Source: Gemmatimonadota bacterium
GTDB lineage: Bacteria > Gemmatimonadota > Gemmatimonadetes > Palauibacterales > Palauibacteraceae
Reading direction: 5' to 3'
Assembly: GCA_037382625.1 (NCBI GenBank)
Contig: JARRPS010000001.1
Span: forward strand, 1 to 50,501
Length of the DNA stretch: 50,501 nucleotides
In this document: positions 19,560 through 28,690 of the stretch, piece after piece
Layout: every line of letters starts with the position of its first letter
Numbering within the stretch: position 1 is the first letter of the stretch
Notes under the pieces: model-generated
The model's database searches: none
What the model was told of the DNA's origin: nothing
The model's input: the letters and a program-made list of their open reading frames with translations, nothing else
Translations under genes and position numbers: made by a program

Positions 19560-22228
19560 TCACCCTCCATGACGGTTCGAGCGAGCTCCGCCGCCGCATC
19601 CAGCGCAGCCTCCAGTTTGGCGGCGTCTCCGACACCCCCCTGGGCGAGATGGGGCTTTCCCCCTCCTCCCGAACCCGTGGCGCGGCTCGCGGCTCGGACC
19701 AGATCTCCGGCTTTGAGTCCGCGCCCGATCCAGTCATCCGTGACCACGGCGAGGATCGAGTCCTTCCCATCCTCCATCCGGATGTGCACGATCCCCGCTC
19801 CCGACCCGAGTCCTTCGCGAAGTCGATCGCCGAACTCGGCCGCATCCGCGCCCGCTGGCAGTCCGATGCTCGCCCGCACCCACCGGGCGCCCGCGTCGCC
19901 CAGCAGACCGGCCGAGTCCACGAGCTCTCGGGCCGTATCGTCCGCGTCTGCCCCGCGCTGCTCGGCGAGACGATCCTCGAGCTCACTCTTCTCCTGGAGC
20001 AACGCGGCCACTCGAACCGGAAGATCCGATGGCGCGACGTGCAACCGTTCGGCGAGGTCCGAGATCAGATTCTCGGAATCGAGCAGCCGCCCGTAGGCAC
20101 GCGGCCCGGTCACTGCCTCCACTCTACGTACTCCCGCCGCCACACCGGTCTCGGACACGATCCGGAAGAGCCCGATCTGTCCGGTGGAGCGGACGTGGCA
20201 ACCCCCGCACAGCTCGAGGCTGACACCCGGCACGCGCACGGTCCGCACGACGGCTCCGTATTTCTCCCCGAACAGCGCCATGGCACCGTCGTCGAGGGCG
20301 TCCCGATAGGCCCGATGCTCGATCTCGATCGGAGCATTCGCCCAGATCGCCTCGTTGACCCGCTTTTCGATCTCGGCTCGCTCCCCCGCTGTCAGCGGCC
20401 CGTGGTGCGTGAAATCGAACCGGAGCCGATCGGGTGCGACCAGCGAACCGGCCTGGTGCACGTGCTCGCCGAGTACGCTTCGAAGTGCCGCGTGCAACAG
20501 GTGGGTGGCCGTGTGATTCCGCTCGGTGTCACGCCGCGCGTGCTCTTCCACCACGGCGAGGACTTCGCTCGGCTCATCGGGCACGGTGCCGTGTGTCGGT
20601 TCGCCGATGACCACCGCCTGACCGCGGTCGTTGCGGACCACTGACTCGACGACCAGCTCCCAGCCCTCGCCGCGCAGATAACCCGTGTCGCTCACCTGCC
20701 CCCCGGCCTCTGCGTAGAACGGGTTCTCCGCGAGAAGGAATGCCCGGGTCCCGTCGATGCCGGCATGCTCCAGCACACCGGTTTCGACGCGGAGCCGCTC
20801 GTACCCGATGAACTCCTGGTCTGCCTCCGCCGACAGCGCGCGAGCCCGCGCGAGAACTTCGTCGCTGGGGCCGCCGCTCGTGCGTGCCACAGACGAACCG
20901 AGTGTGCCGGAGAGGTCCCTCGATCGGCGTCGCTGCTCCTCCAGCGCCGCGTGAAATCCGGAGAGATCGACGTCGTAGCCGCGCTCGGCCGCCATCAGCT
21001 CGGTCAGGTCGAGCGGAAACCCGAAGGTGTCGTAGAGCTTGAACGCCTCTTCACCGGGGATCGTGCCGGATCCACCCTGCGGAGCCACCTCGTCGAACCG
21101 GTGCATCCCCGCCTCGATCGTGGCCAGGAACCGCTCTTCTTCGGCGCGCGTCGTGCGCTCGATGAGCGTGCGCCGGTTCGCGAGCTCGGGGTAGGCATCG
21201 TCCATGAGGTCGATGACGACACCGACCAGCCGATCCAGCGTCGGCTCACGACGCCCCAGCAGCCATGCGTATCGACCCGCCCTGCGCAGGATTCGTCGCA
21301 GGACGTAACCCCGCCCCTCGTTCGAGGGGAAGACGCCGTCCGCCAGCATGAACGCGACCGCGCGAGCATGATCGGCGAGCACCCGGAAGGGCAGACCGGC
21401 TTCCCAATCTTCCGGCGCCTGCGAATACGGGATGCCGATGACTTCTTCCGCCCTCTCGATGATCGGGAGAAAGAGGTCGGTATGGTAGTTCGTTCGGGTG
21501 CCCTGGAGGATGGCCGCGATTCGCTCCAGGCCGGCCCCCGTGTCGATCGACGGCTTCGGGAGGGGCGTATCGCCCGCGGGACCCCGGTCGAACTGCATGA
21601 AGACGAGGTTCCAGATCTCCATGAACTCGTCGGCCTCGCCCAGTGCCTCGAACTCCTCCGGAGAGAGAAGTCCGTCGCGCGAGCCCTCCGGCCGCATGTC
21701 GTAGTGGATCTCCGAGCACGGACCGCAGGGACCCGTCTCCCCCATCTGCCAGAAGTTGTCCTTGTCGCCGAGGCGGAGCACCCGCTCCGCCGGAATCGAT
21801 GTGAGCTCCGGCCAGAGCGCGGCCGCCTCGTCATCCGAGTGGTGCACGGTCGCCCAGAGGCGGTCCGGTTCCAGGCCCAGCTCCTCCGTGACGAATTCCC
21901 AGGCGAAACGGATCGCGTCCCGCTTGAAATAGTCGCCGAAGGAGAAATTGCCGAGCATCTCGAAGAAGGTGTGGTGCCGCGCAGTCCGTCCGACCTCTTC
22001 GAGATCGTTGTGCTTCCCGCTGACGCGCAAGCACTTCTGGGAGGTGACCGCACTCGCCGCGGGACGTTCCTGCTCCCCCACGAACACGCCCTTGAACTGC
22101 ACCATACCCGCGTTCGTGAACAGGAGCGTCGGGTCGTCCTCGGGTACCAGGGAGCTGCTCGGCAGATGAAGATGCCCCTGCCGTTCGAAGTACTCGATGA
22201 ATCTATTCCGGATTTCCTTGGATCTCAT
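19556..22228 (-). CDS. alaS: Alanine--tRNA ligase
   Basis: The product begins MRSKEIRNRFIEYFERQGH and contains FTNAGMVQFK and WNLVFMQFDR. The editing-domain motifs HTATHLL and CGGCH are present, as is a C-terminal DHHA1 domain. The longest ORF starts at 22282. Confidence 0.92.
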   Translation of the reverse strand: MRSKEIRNRFIEYFERQGHLHLPSSSLVPEDDPTLLFTNAGMVQFKGVFVGEQERPAASAVTSQKCLRVSGKHNDLEEVGRTARHHTFFEMLGNFSFGDYFKRDAIRFAWEFVTEELGLEPDRLWATVHHSDDEAAALWPELTSIPAERVLRLGDKDNFWQMGETGPCGPCSEIHYDMRPEGSRDGLLSPEEFEALGEADEFMEIWNLVFMQFDRGPAGDTPLPKPSIDTGAGLERIAAILQGTRTNYHTDLFLPIIERAEEVIGIPYSQAPEDWEAGLPFRVLADHARAVAFMLADGVFPSNEGRGYVLRRILRRAGRYAWLLGRREPTLDRLVGVVIDLMDDAYPELANRRTLIERTTRAEEERFLATIEAGMHRFDEVAPQGGSGTIPGEEAFKLYDTFGFPLDLTELMAAERGYDVDLSGFHAALEEQRRRSRDLSGTLGSSVARTSGGPSDEVLARARALSAEADQEFIGYERLRVETGVLEHAGIDGTRAFLLAENPFYAEAGGQVSDTGYLRGEGWELVVESVVRNDRGQAVVIGEPTHGTVPDEPSEVLAVVEEHARRDTERNHTATHLLHAALRSVLGEHVHQAGSLVAPDRLRFDFTHHGPLTAGERAEIEKRVNEAIWANAPIEIEHRAYRDALDDGAMALFGEKYGAVVRTVRVPGVSLELCGGCHVRSTGQIGLFRIVSETGVAAGVRRVEAVTGPRAYGRLLDSENLISDLAERLHVAPSDLPVRVAALLQEKSELEDRLAEQRGADADDTARELVDSAGLLGDAGARWVRASIGLPAGADAAEFGDRLREGLGSGAGIVHIRMEDGKDSILAVVTDDWIGRGLKAGDLVRAASRATGSGGGGKPHLAQGGVGDAAKLEAALDAAAELARTVMEGD

Positions 22229-22290
22229 CTCTTCCGCTTGGATCGGGACGGGTTGCTGCCTCACGACGGGCCGATTCGCCACAGCCGTTT

Positions 22291-22319
22291 AATATGAACC
22301 CGACATGCAACCTATACAA
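22291..22319 (-). promoter_or_regulatory. Candidate sigma70-type promoter for alaS
   Basis: On the minus strand, TTGTAT (22319-22314), a 17-nt spacer and CATATT (22296-22291) lie about 60 nt upstream of the alaS ATG. Confidence 0.3.
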
Positions 22320-22337
22320 TCGACCGGACCGGTCGAT
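22319..22337. repeat. Perfect 9-1-9 palindrome ATCGACCGG-A-CCGGTCGAT
   Basis: I read it directly. It lies between the recX stop (22351) and the candidate alaS -35 element. Confidence 0.7.
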
Positions 22338-22350
22338 CCGCAAAGAGACT

Positions 22351-22995
22351 TCAGTCGAGATCCGCTTCCGGCAGGAGGTCGTCCACGACCCGGCGAACAT
22401 CGGCTCTCGCGAATCCGCGGCGCAGAAGCCAGGCCGAGAGTCGGCGGCGGGCAGTCACGGGCTCGGCGCGATTCAGCCGCGATGCGCGAGCTTCGGCGAT
22501 ACCCCGGAGAAGCTCCGACTCGGAGGTGCCGATCTCCTGAAAGGCCGAGGTGATCGCCGCGTCCGCGAGATCGGGAGCGATGCCGCGTTCGACGAGTTCG
22601 GATCGAAGCCGGAATCGGCCGCGAGGCCGCAGGCGAATCCGGTCTCGTACGAAGGCACGCGCGAAGGCTTCGTCATCCAGATATCCCAGCTCCTCGCACC
22701 GGTTCGCCGCGCGGTGGATCGCGTCCTCGGGATGGGATTTCCGTCGGAGGTGCCGCTCGAGCTCCTTCCGGCTGCGGGGGCGGTAGGACAGACAATTCAG
22801 GGCGGCTTCGAGCGCATCGGCATGGGCGCCGTCACGCACCAATGCCTCGAGGGCGCCCTCATCGATCGTCTGGCCGCCGCGAAGCCCGCGCTGGAGGACG
22901 AGGGAATCCGGAAGAGTTCCGAGTGCACGGCCATCCACCTCGAGACGGACCCTGCCTCCGTGGCGCTCCGGTTCGAGCGTCGTGATCGTAGGCAC
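22351..22995 (-). CDS. recX: RecA regulator RecX
   Basis: The 214-aa helical-repeat protein lies immediately downstream of recA. It contains CLSYRPRSRKELERHL and GYLDDEAFARAFVRDR, blocks typical of RecX. Confidence 0.8.
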   Translation of the reverse strand: MPTITTLEPERHGGRVRLEVDGRALGTLPDSLVLQRGLRGGQTIDEGALEALVRDGAHADALEAALNCLSYRPRSRKELERHLRRKSHPEDAIHRAANRCEELGYLDDEAFARAFVRDRIRLRPRGRFRLRSELVERGIAPDLADAAITSAFQEIGTSESELLRGIAEARASRLNRAEPVTARRRLSAWLLRRGFARADVRRVVDDLLPEADLD

Positions 22996-23009
22996 GGTCC
23001 GTTACCGGT

Positions 23010-24083
23010 TCAGGCTTCCGCCATCTCCGCGGATTCTTCCCCCTCTTCCTGAGCATCCTCCGCACCGGGATCGACGGGGAGAATTCCGAGCGCCACCCGG
23101 AGCTTGTGCTCGATTTCGTCCGCGATGTCCGGGTTCTCCCTCAGGAACATCTTGGAATTCTCCCGGCCCTGCCCGAGCCGGACGTCATCACCGTAGGAGT
23201 ACCAGGCCCCCGAACGCTGGACGATTCCGTGCTCTTCTCCAAGGTCCACGAGAATCCCCGACCTGCTGATCCCTTCGTTGAACATGATGTCGAATTCCGC
23301 CATCCGGAACGGCGGCGCGCACTTGTTCTTCACGACCTTGACGCGCGTCCGGTTCCCGACCTGCTCATTCCCATCCTTGATCGAGGCAATGCGCCGGATG
23401 TCCAACCGCAGCGAGGAATAAAACTTCAGCGCCCTCCCTCCGCTGGTCGTCTCCGGATTGCCGAACATCACACCGATCTTCTCACGGATCTGGTTGGTAA
23501 AGATCACGGCGGCGTGGGAGCGGCCGATCGCGCCCGTGAGCTTCCGAAGCGCCTGAGACATCAGCCTCGCCTGAAGTCCGACGTGCGAGTCGCCCATCTC
23601 GCCTTCGATCTCGGCTCGTGGAACGAGGGCCGCGACGGAATCGACGACGATGACATCGAGGGCGCCGGAACGAACCAGCACCTCGGCAATCTCCAGCGCC
23701 TGCTCGCCCGTGTCGGGCTGGGAGACGAGGAGGTTCTCCACGTCCACTCCCAGACGCTCGGCGTATTGGACGTCGAGAGCGTGCTCGGCGTCGATGAAAG
23801 CCGCGACTCCGCCATCCTTCTGAGCGTTCGCGATCACGTGAAGGGTGAGCGTCGTCTTACCCGACGACTCGGGCCCGAAGATCTCCGTCACCCGTCCCCG
23901 CGGGATCCCGCCTACCCCGGTCGCGTGATCGAGAGCAAGAGCACCCGTCGAGATCACCGGTGTCTTCACCCGAGCCCGGTCCAGTCCGAGTCTCATGATC
24001 GCGCCCTTCCCATGCTGCCGCTCGATCTGGTTGATCGCCACGGTGAGGGCTTTTCGCCGTTCTTCGTTGAGCTCCAGTGCCAT
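23010..24083 (-). CDS. recA: Recombinase RecA
   Basis: The product begins [13 protein letters not shown]...[14 protein letters not shown], with Walker [10 protein letters not shown] and the block IDAEHALD. The longest ORF starts at 24152, but the canonical N-terminus begins at the ATG at 24083. Confidence 0.95.
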   Translation of the reverse strand: MALELNEERRKALTVAINQIERQHGKGAIMRLGLDRARVKTPVISTGALALDHATGVGGIPRGRVTEIFGPESSGKTTLTLHVIANAQKDGGVAAFIDAEHALDVQYAERLGVDVENLLVSQPDTGEQALEIAEVLVRSGALDVIVVDSVAALVPRAEIEGEMGDSHVGLQARLMSQALRKLTGAIGRSHAAVIFTNQIREKIGVMFGNPETTSGGRALKFYSSLRLDIRRIASIKDGNEQVGNRTRVKVVKNKCAPPFRMAEFDIMFNEGISRSGILVDLGEEHGIVQRSGAWYSYGDDVRLGQGRENSKMFLRENPDIADEIEHKLRVALGILPVDPGAEDAQEEGEESAEMAEA

Positions 24084-24107
24084 CGCTTCTTCCTCGAATG
24101 CGGGGTC

Positions 24108-24152
24108 GGTTGTCGGTCGAAACAGTATATCGGGCCCCTCCGACTTTCGCAA
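24108..24152 (-). promoter_or_regulatory. Candidate recA promoter with an overlapping SOS-box-like element
   Basis: On the minus strand, TTGCGA (24152-24147), a 17-nt spacer and TATACT (24129-24124) form the promoter. TACTGT-N8-ACAACC (24127-24108) matches CTGT-N8-ACAG at 7 of 8 positions. Confidence 0.3.
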
Positions 24153-24334
24153 TTTGTTCGGGTCGCTCCCGAACGCCGGCGGAAGCGCGATGCCGAAGCG
24201 CCCTCGAGTCCACTCTGTACCGCGTCTCTCATCTCCCCATCACTGACTTGCCGGGGCCGAGTCGCGAGGCGACGATTCAAGTGGGCCCGTCCCACCGCCG
24301 GCGACTCACATTCGGGAGCATTTTGGAGACAGAG

Positions 24335-26857
24335 ATGCCCGACGACGACAGAACCGACTCGATGGTCATCCCCGCCGCCGCGATAGAGGGGCTCGGAGAC
24401 TTCTATCTCGGCCGTCGCACCGCTGAACCCGGGGCGCCTCCTTTCCTGTACGACTCCCGTGACCTGACCACGCATGCGGTCGTGCTCGGCATGACGGGCA
24501 GCGGCAAGACCGGGCTCTGCATCACGCTCCTGGAGGAGGCGGGACTGGACGGCATCCCCGCGCTGGTCATCGACCCGAAGGGCGATATCGGGAACCTCCT
24601 GCTCACCTTCCCCGATCTGGAGCCCTCGGACTTCCGTCCGTGGATCGACGAATCGGAGGCGGCCCGAAACGAGGTGTCGCCGGACGCCTTTGCGGAGGTC
24701 ACGGCCGGGAAGTGGCGGAAAGGCCTGGAGGAATCCGGCCAGGACGGAGCCCGGATCGCCCGGCTCAGAGCAGCCGTGGACATGCCGATCTATACGCCGG
24801 GCGCGAGCCACGGCCTTCCGATTGCCGTGCTGCGCTCTTTCGAGGCCCCGGGGGATGCCATCGTCGCCGATCGCGACGCATTGACGGAGAGGATCACGAC
24901 GGCCGTCTCCGGACTCCTGGCCCTGGCCGGGATCGACGCCGACCCGGTGCGAAGCCGCGAACACATCCTGCTATCGAGGATTCTCGAGCGGGGCTGGACC
25001 TCCGGGCGTGACTTCGATCTCGGCGCTCTGATACGGGGAATTCAGTCGCCGGGATTCGAGCGGGTGGGCGTGCTGGACCTCGAGTCGTTCTTCCCGGGAC
25101 GGGACCGTTTCAAGCTGGCCACGGAACTGAACAACCTGCTCGCCGCCCCCGGATTCGAAGCCTGGCTCGAGGGGCCGCCCCTCGATATCCCTTCGCTGCT
25201 GTGGACGCCGGAAGGTAAGCCGAGAATCGCGATCTTCTCCATCGCGCACCTGGGGGAACCGGAGAGGATGTTCTTCGTGACCCTGCTGCTCAACGAGCTC
25301 CTTTCGTGGGCACGCTCGCAGCCGGGTACGTCATCCCTTCGGGCCCTTCTCTACATCGACGAGGTGATGGGGTACCTGCCTCCCACCCGCAATCCTCCTT
25401 CGAAGCCCCCCCTTCTCACCCTCCTCAAACAGGCCCGGGCCTATGGCGTCGGCATCGTTCTCGCCACCCAGAACCCGGTCGACCTGGACTACAAGGGACT
25501 AGGCAATGCAGGCACCTGGTTCCTCGGTCGTCTGCAGACGGAACGGGACAAGGAACGGGTGATCGAAGGATTGGAGAGCGCGTCGGGTGCGGCGGAGAGC
25601 GGTCTCGATCGCAAACGCATGGACCGTCTTCTGTCGGGACTCGCGAAACGGACCTTCCTCGTCGGCAACGTCCACGCCGACGCACCTCTTCTCATCCATT
25701 CCCGGTGGGCGATGTCCTATCTTCGGGGGCCGTTGACCCGTCCGGAGATCGGCCGTCTGATGGCGGACCGGAAGTCGGAGCCACCGGCCGGATCAGGGGC
25801 GACGGCAGAGGTCGAGGACGTCCGTGGCGCGCCGGGCAGGAAGCCGGTCGAGAGTGCCGGCCGTCCCGGGGCGAAGGACCTCGACGGGACCGACCTGGCA
25901 CCGGACCGCCCCGTCGTGCCCCCGGAGCTTCGCGAGGTCTTCCTGGCGCCTGCCGGAGGTGGGTCCGACGGCTCTCCCCGAGTACTGCGGCCTGCCCTGC
26001 TCGGCCTGGCGGATCTCCACTACGTTCGCGCATCGCTGGGCGTCGATGTATGGCACGACGTGGCGATTCTCTCGGAAGTCGGAGAGTCGGGCGAATCGAA
26101 CCCATGGGCCGGAGCGCACGAGTTGCCCGGAGTTCCCGACCTGGATCGCCCACCTCCGGAAGACGTTCTCTTCGCACCGGTTCCCGCTTCCGCGATCAGC
26201 GCGAAGCAGCGCCGCCGCTGGCCATCTCAACTGAAGAACTGGCTCTACCGCGAGCGCCCGCTTCGACTCTACCGGATTCCCGCTTTGAAGCTGACGTCCG
26301 AACCCGGTGAATCGGAAGCGGCGTTTCGGGTCCGTGCCCGCGAGGAGGCTCGGAGCGCGAGAGGCGCCGCCGTCTCGAAGATTCGGGACATGTACCGGCG
26401 AAAAGTGGAATCGATCGACAGGAAACTCTCTGCGGCCCGGACCCGACTCGACCGCGAGAAATCGCAGTACGACTCACAGAAGTTGGAAAGTGCCGTGGGA
26501 ATCGGATCCACGCTGCTCGGGTCCCTGTTGGGTGGACGTTCATTCACCGGATCGAAGGCAACGACCGCGGCTCGTCAGGTGAGCCGGACCGCCAGCCAGC
26601 GGGATGACGTGAAGCGGGCCGAGAGGGCCATCGAGGAGTTGGAAGGGCAGCTCGCCGAGATCGAGATCGAACTGGCGGAGAAGCTCGAGCGAACCCGCCA
26701 GGAGTGGAGCCTCGAGTCGCTGGAAGTGGAGGAAGTCGTGCTGGCCCCGCGAAAGAGCGAGATCGGCGTGGAACTCGTGGCACTGGCATGGCGGCCCGAT
26801 GGCATCGACGGTTCGTCTTCCGAGGGAGGCGGAGCGGCGGGCGGGGATCCGGACTGA
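24335..26857 (+). CDS. Large HerA/FtsK-like P-loop ATPase (DUF87/DUF853-like) with a C-terminal coiled-coil extension
   Basis: Walker A is GMTGSGKTG and Walker B is ALLYIDEV. The block GVGIVLATQNPVDLD is typical of HerA/YjgR-like ATPases. The last ~300 aa are low-complexity and coiled-coil. The ATG at 24335 is preceded by GGAGACAGAG. Confidence 0.7.
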   Translation: MPDDDRTDSMVIPAAAIEGLGDFYLGRRTAEPGAPPFLYDSRDLTTHAVVLGMTGSGKTGLCITLLEEAGLDGIPALVIDPKGDIGNLLLTFPDLEPSDFRPWIDESEAARNEVSPDAFAEVTAGKWRKGLEESGQDGARIARLRAAVDMPIYTPGASHGLPIAVLRSFEAPGDAIVADRDALTERITTAVSGLLALAGIDADPVRSREHILLSRILERGWTSGRDFDLGALIRGIQSPGFERVGVLDLESFFPGRDRFKLATELNNLLAAPGFEAWLEGPPLDIPSLLWTPEGKPRIAIFSIAHLGEPERMFFVTLLLNELLSWARSQPGTSSLRALLYIDEVMGYLPPTRNPPSKPPLLTLLKQARAYGVGIVLATQNPVDLDYKGLGNAGTWFLGRLQTERDKERVIEGLESASGAAESGLDRKRMDRLLSGLAKRTFLVGNVHADAPLLIHSRWAMSYLRGPLTRPEIGRLMADRKSEPPAGSGATAEVEDVRGAPGRKPVESAGRPGAKDLDGTDLAPDRPVVPPELREVFLAPAGGGSDGSPRVLRPALLGLADLHYVRASLGVDVWHDVAILSEVGESGESNPWAGAHELPGVPDLDRPPPEDVLFAPVPASAISAKQRRRWPSQLKNWLYRERPLRLYRIPALKLTSEPGESEAAFRVRAREEARSARGAAVSKIRDMYRRKVESIDRKLSAARTRLDREKSQYDSQKLESAVGIGSTLLGSLLGGRSFTGSKATTAARQVSRTASQRDDVKRAERAIEELEGQLAEIEIELAEKLERTRQEWSLESLEVEEVVLAPRKSEIGVELVALAWRPDGIDGSSSEGGGAAGGDPD

Positions 26858-26962
26858 GGAGTCTGCTTCTCGGGAGACGCACCCATCGGCCGGGGCCGCG
26901 GCCGGTCGGGGTGCGGTCGGCGGCCGTCCTCTCGATCGGACGGTACCGCCGATTCGGCGGCG

Positions 26963-27166
26963 TCAGTCGTCCAGTACGAACGTGACCTTCATGTTGACCC
27001 GATAAGTCGCGATCTTGCCGTCCTTGATCTCGACCGTCTGCTCGTTGATCCACGCGCCCTTGATGTTCTTCAGCGTCTTGTGGGCACGCGCGATTCCGTG
27101 GGTGATGGCGTCTTCGAAGCTCTTCTCCGAGGATGCGGTAATCTCGGTTACCTTCGCGACGGACAT
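26963..27166 (-). CDS. Dodecin-family flavin-binding protein
   Basis: The 67-aa product reads MSVAKVTEITASSEKSFEDAI...VTFVLDD, a typical dodecin. Confidence 0.8.
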   Translation of the reverse strand: MSVAKVTEITASSEKSFEDAITHGIARAHKTLKNIKGAWINEQTVEIKDGKIATYRVNMKVTFVLDD

Positions 27167-27248
27167 GTCGTATCTCCTTGGTTCGGGTTTCGGCCGGTTC
27201 CTGCAGCGGAAACACTCAGTATAGCATCGCGTGAGGCCTTGTGCCCAC

Positions 27249-28277
27249 TCAGGAAAGCTCGTCGCGCAGAGCCTTCAGAGCGAATTCGACCCCGTCGTCG
27301 TCCACGTCGAAATGAGTGACGAGACGGAGGCGGGTGGGTCCAGTCGCGATCACCATCACCCCCTTCTCGGCGAGCCGGGCCGCCAGCTCCTCAGCACCGA
27401 GATCCGATCGCGTGATGTCGACCATGAGGATGTTGGTTTCCGGCTCGAGCGGATTCAGTCCCTCGATCTGTCGACAGCCTTCGGCCAGCGCCCGAGCCCG
27501 GGCGTGGTCCTCCGGCAAGCGGGGGAAAATGTGCTCGAGTGCCCAGAGTCCGGCGGCGGCCAGGATTCCTACCTGACGCATGCCTCCGCCCAGCCGCTTT
27601 CGCACCGACCAGGCCTCTTCGATCAGCTCCCGGGGGCCTGCGAGAAGAGATCCGACGGGACAGCCGAGACCTTTCGAAACGCAGACCATCACGGTATCGG
27701 CTTCCCCCGCGAAGTCGATGAGCGAAGTTCCCGAGGCGGCGGATGCGTTCCACAACCGCGCGCCATCCAGGTGGACCGGCAGCCCCCGTTCCCTCGCCAG
27801 CGAACGAACCCCACGCATCGCGTCGACGGGTACCACGATGCCGCCGTGCATGTTGTGGGTGTTCTCGATCCAGATCAGCGAAGTCACCGGATGGTGGCGA
27901 TCGCCCGGTCGGATGGCCCGGGCGACATCTGCCGCCGTGAGTCGTCCCGAATTCGAAGGGACCGGGTGAAGCTGCACGCCCGACAACCAGGCGGCGTCGG
28001 CGAACTCGTAGTGGTACACGTGCGACTCGGCTTCGCAGACGGCCTCCGTGCCCGGGCGACTGTGGAGAACCATGGCAGTCTGATTGGCCTGCGTTCCGGA
28101 CGGAAAGAAGAGCGCCGACGGCTTTCCGAGAAGCTCTGCGACCCGCTGTTCGAGGCGATCGACCGTGGGGTCCTTCCCGAGAACGTCATCATCGACCTCG
28201 GCCCGGGCCATCGCTCTGCGCATGCCCGGCGGCGGCCGGGTGACGGTATCGCTGCGGAGGTCTACCGCCCGGTCCAA
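27249..28277 (-). CDS. ltaE: Low-specificity L-threonine aldolase
   Basis: The product contains DLRSDTVTRPPPGMRRAM..EVDDDVLGKDPTV and the PLP lysine region VCVSKGLG. Confidence 0.85.
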   Translation of the reverse strand: MDRAVDLRSDTVTRPPPGMRRAMARAEVDDDVLGKDPTVDRLEQRVAELLGKPSALFFPSGTQANQTAMVLHSRPGTEAVCEAESHVYHYEFADAAWLSGVQLHPVPSNSGRLTAADVARAIRPGDRHHPVTSLIWIENTHNMHGGIVVPVDAMRGVRSLARERGLPVHLDGARLWNASAASGTSLIDFAGEADTVMVCVSKGLGCPVGSLLAGPRELIEEAWSVRKRLGGGMRQVGILAAAGLWALEHIFPRLPEDHARARALAEGCRQIEGLNPLEPETNILMVDITRSDLGAEELAARLAEKGVMVIATGPTRLRLVTHFDVDDDGVEFALKALRDELS

Positions 28278-28300
28278 GGCCCTGTCGACTCCCGGAGCGA

Positions 28301-28675
28301 TCAGGTCGCCGGCGCGGCGTCCGCGATGGACTCACCGCAGCGGGAACAGAAACGTGCGCCGGGCTTCACGGCGGCGCCACAGACCGGACATTCGCCTCCC
28401 GTCACGACACGACCGGAGGTCTCGCCGAGTGCGTCCCGGGCCTCGATGGCTTCGGCCGCCCAGTGCGCGCGCAGTTTCTGGTAGTCCGACTCGGCCATCT
28501 TGCCCGTCTCATACTCGAATTCGAGCTCGCGCAGCGCGTCCAGAGCTCGGGCCTTCCGGCCCTCCGGCGTGGGCGCTTCCGCCTCCCGGACACTCTTTCG
28601 CTCCACCATGGGGGCGAAGATCACTGCCGCCAGAAGAAGTGCCAGGATCCCTCCGAATATGTAAACCGCGTACAC
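28301..28675 (-). CDS. Membrane-anchored zinc-ribbon protein (hypothetical)
   Basis: It has one N-terminal TM helix, a charged helical linker and a C-terminal CPVCG...CSRCG zinc ribbon. Confidence 0.55.
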   Translation of the reverse strand: MYAVYIFGGILALLLAAVIFAPMVERKSVREAEAPTPEGRKARALDALRELEFEYETGKMAESDYQKLRAHWAAEAIEARDALGETSGRVVTGGECPVCGAAVKPGARFCSRCGESIADAAPAT

Positions 28676-28690
28676 GTTCGCACCGCCTGT

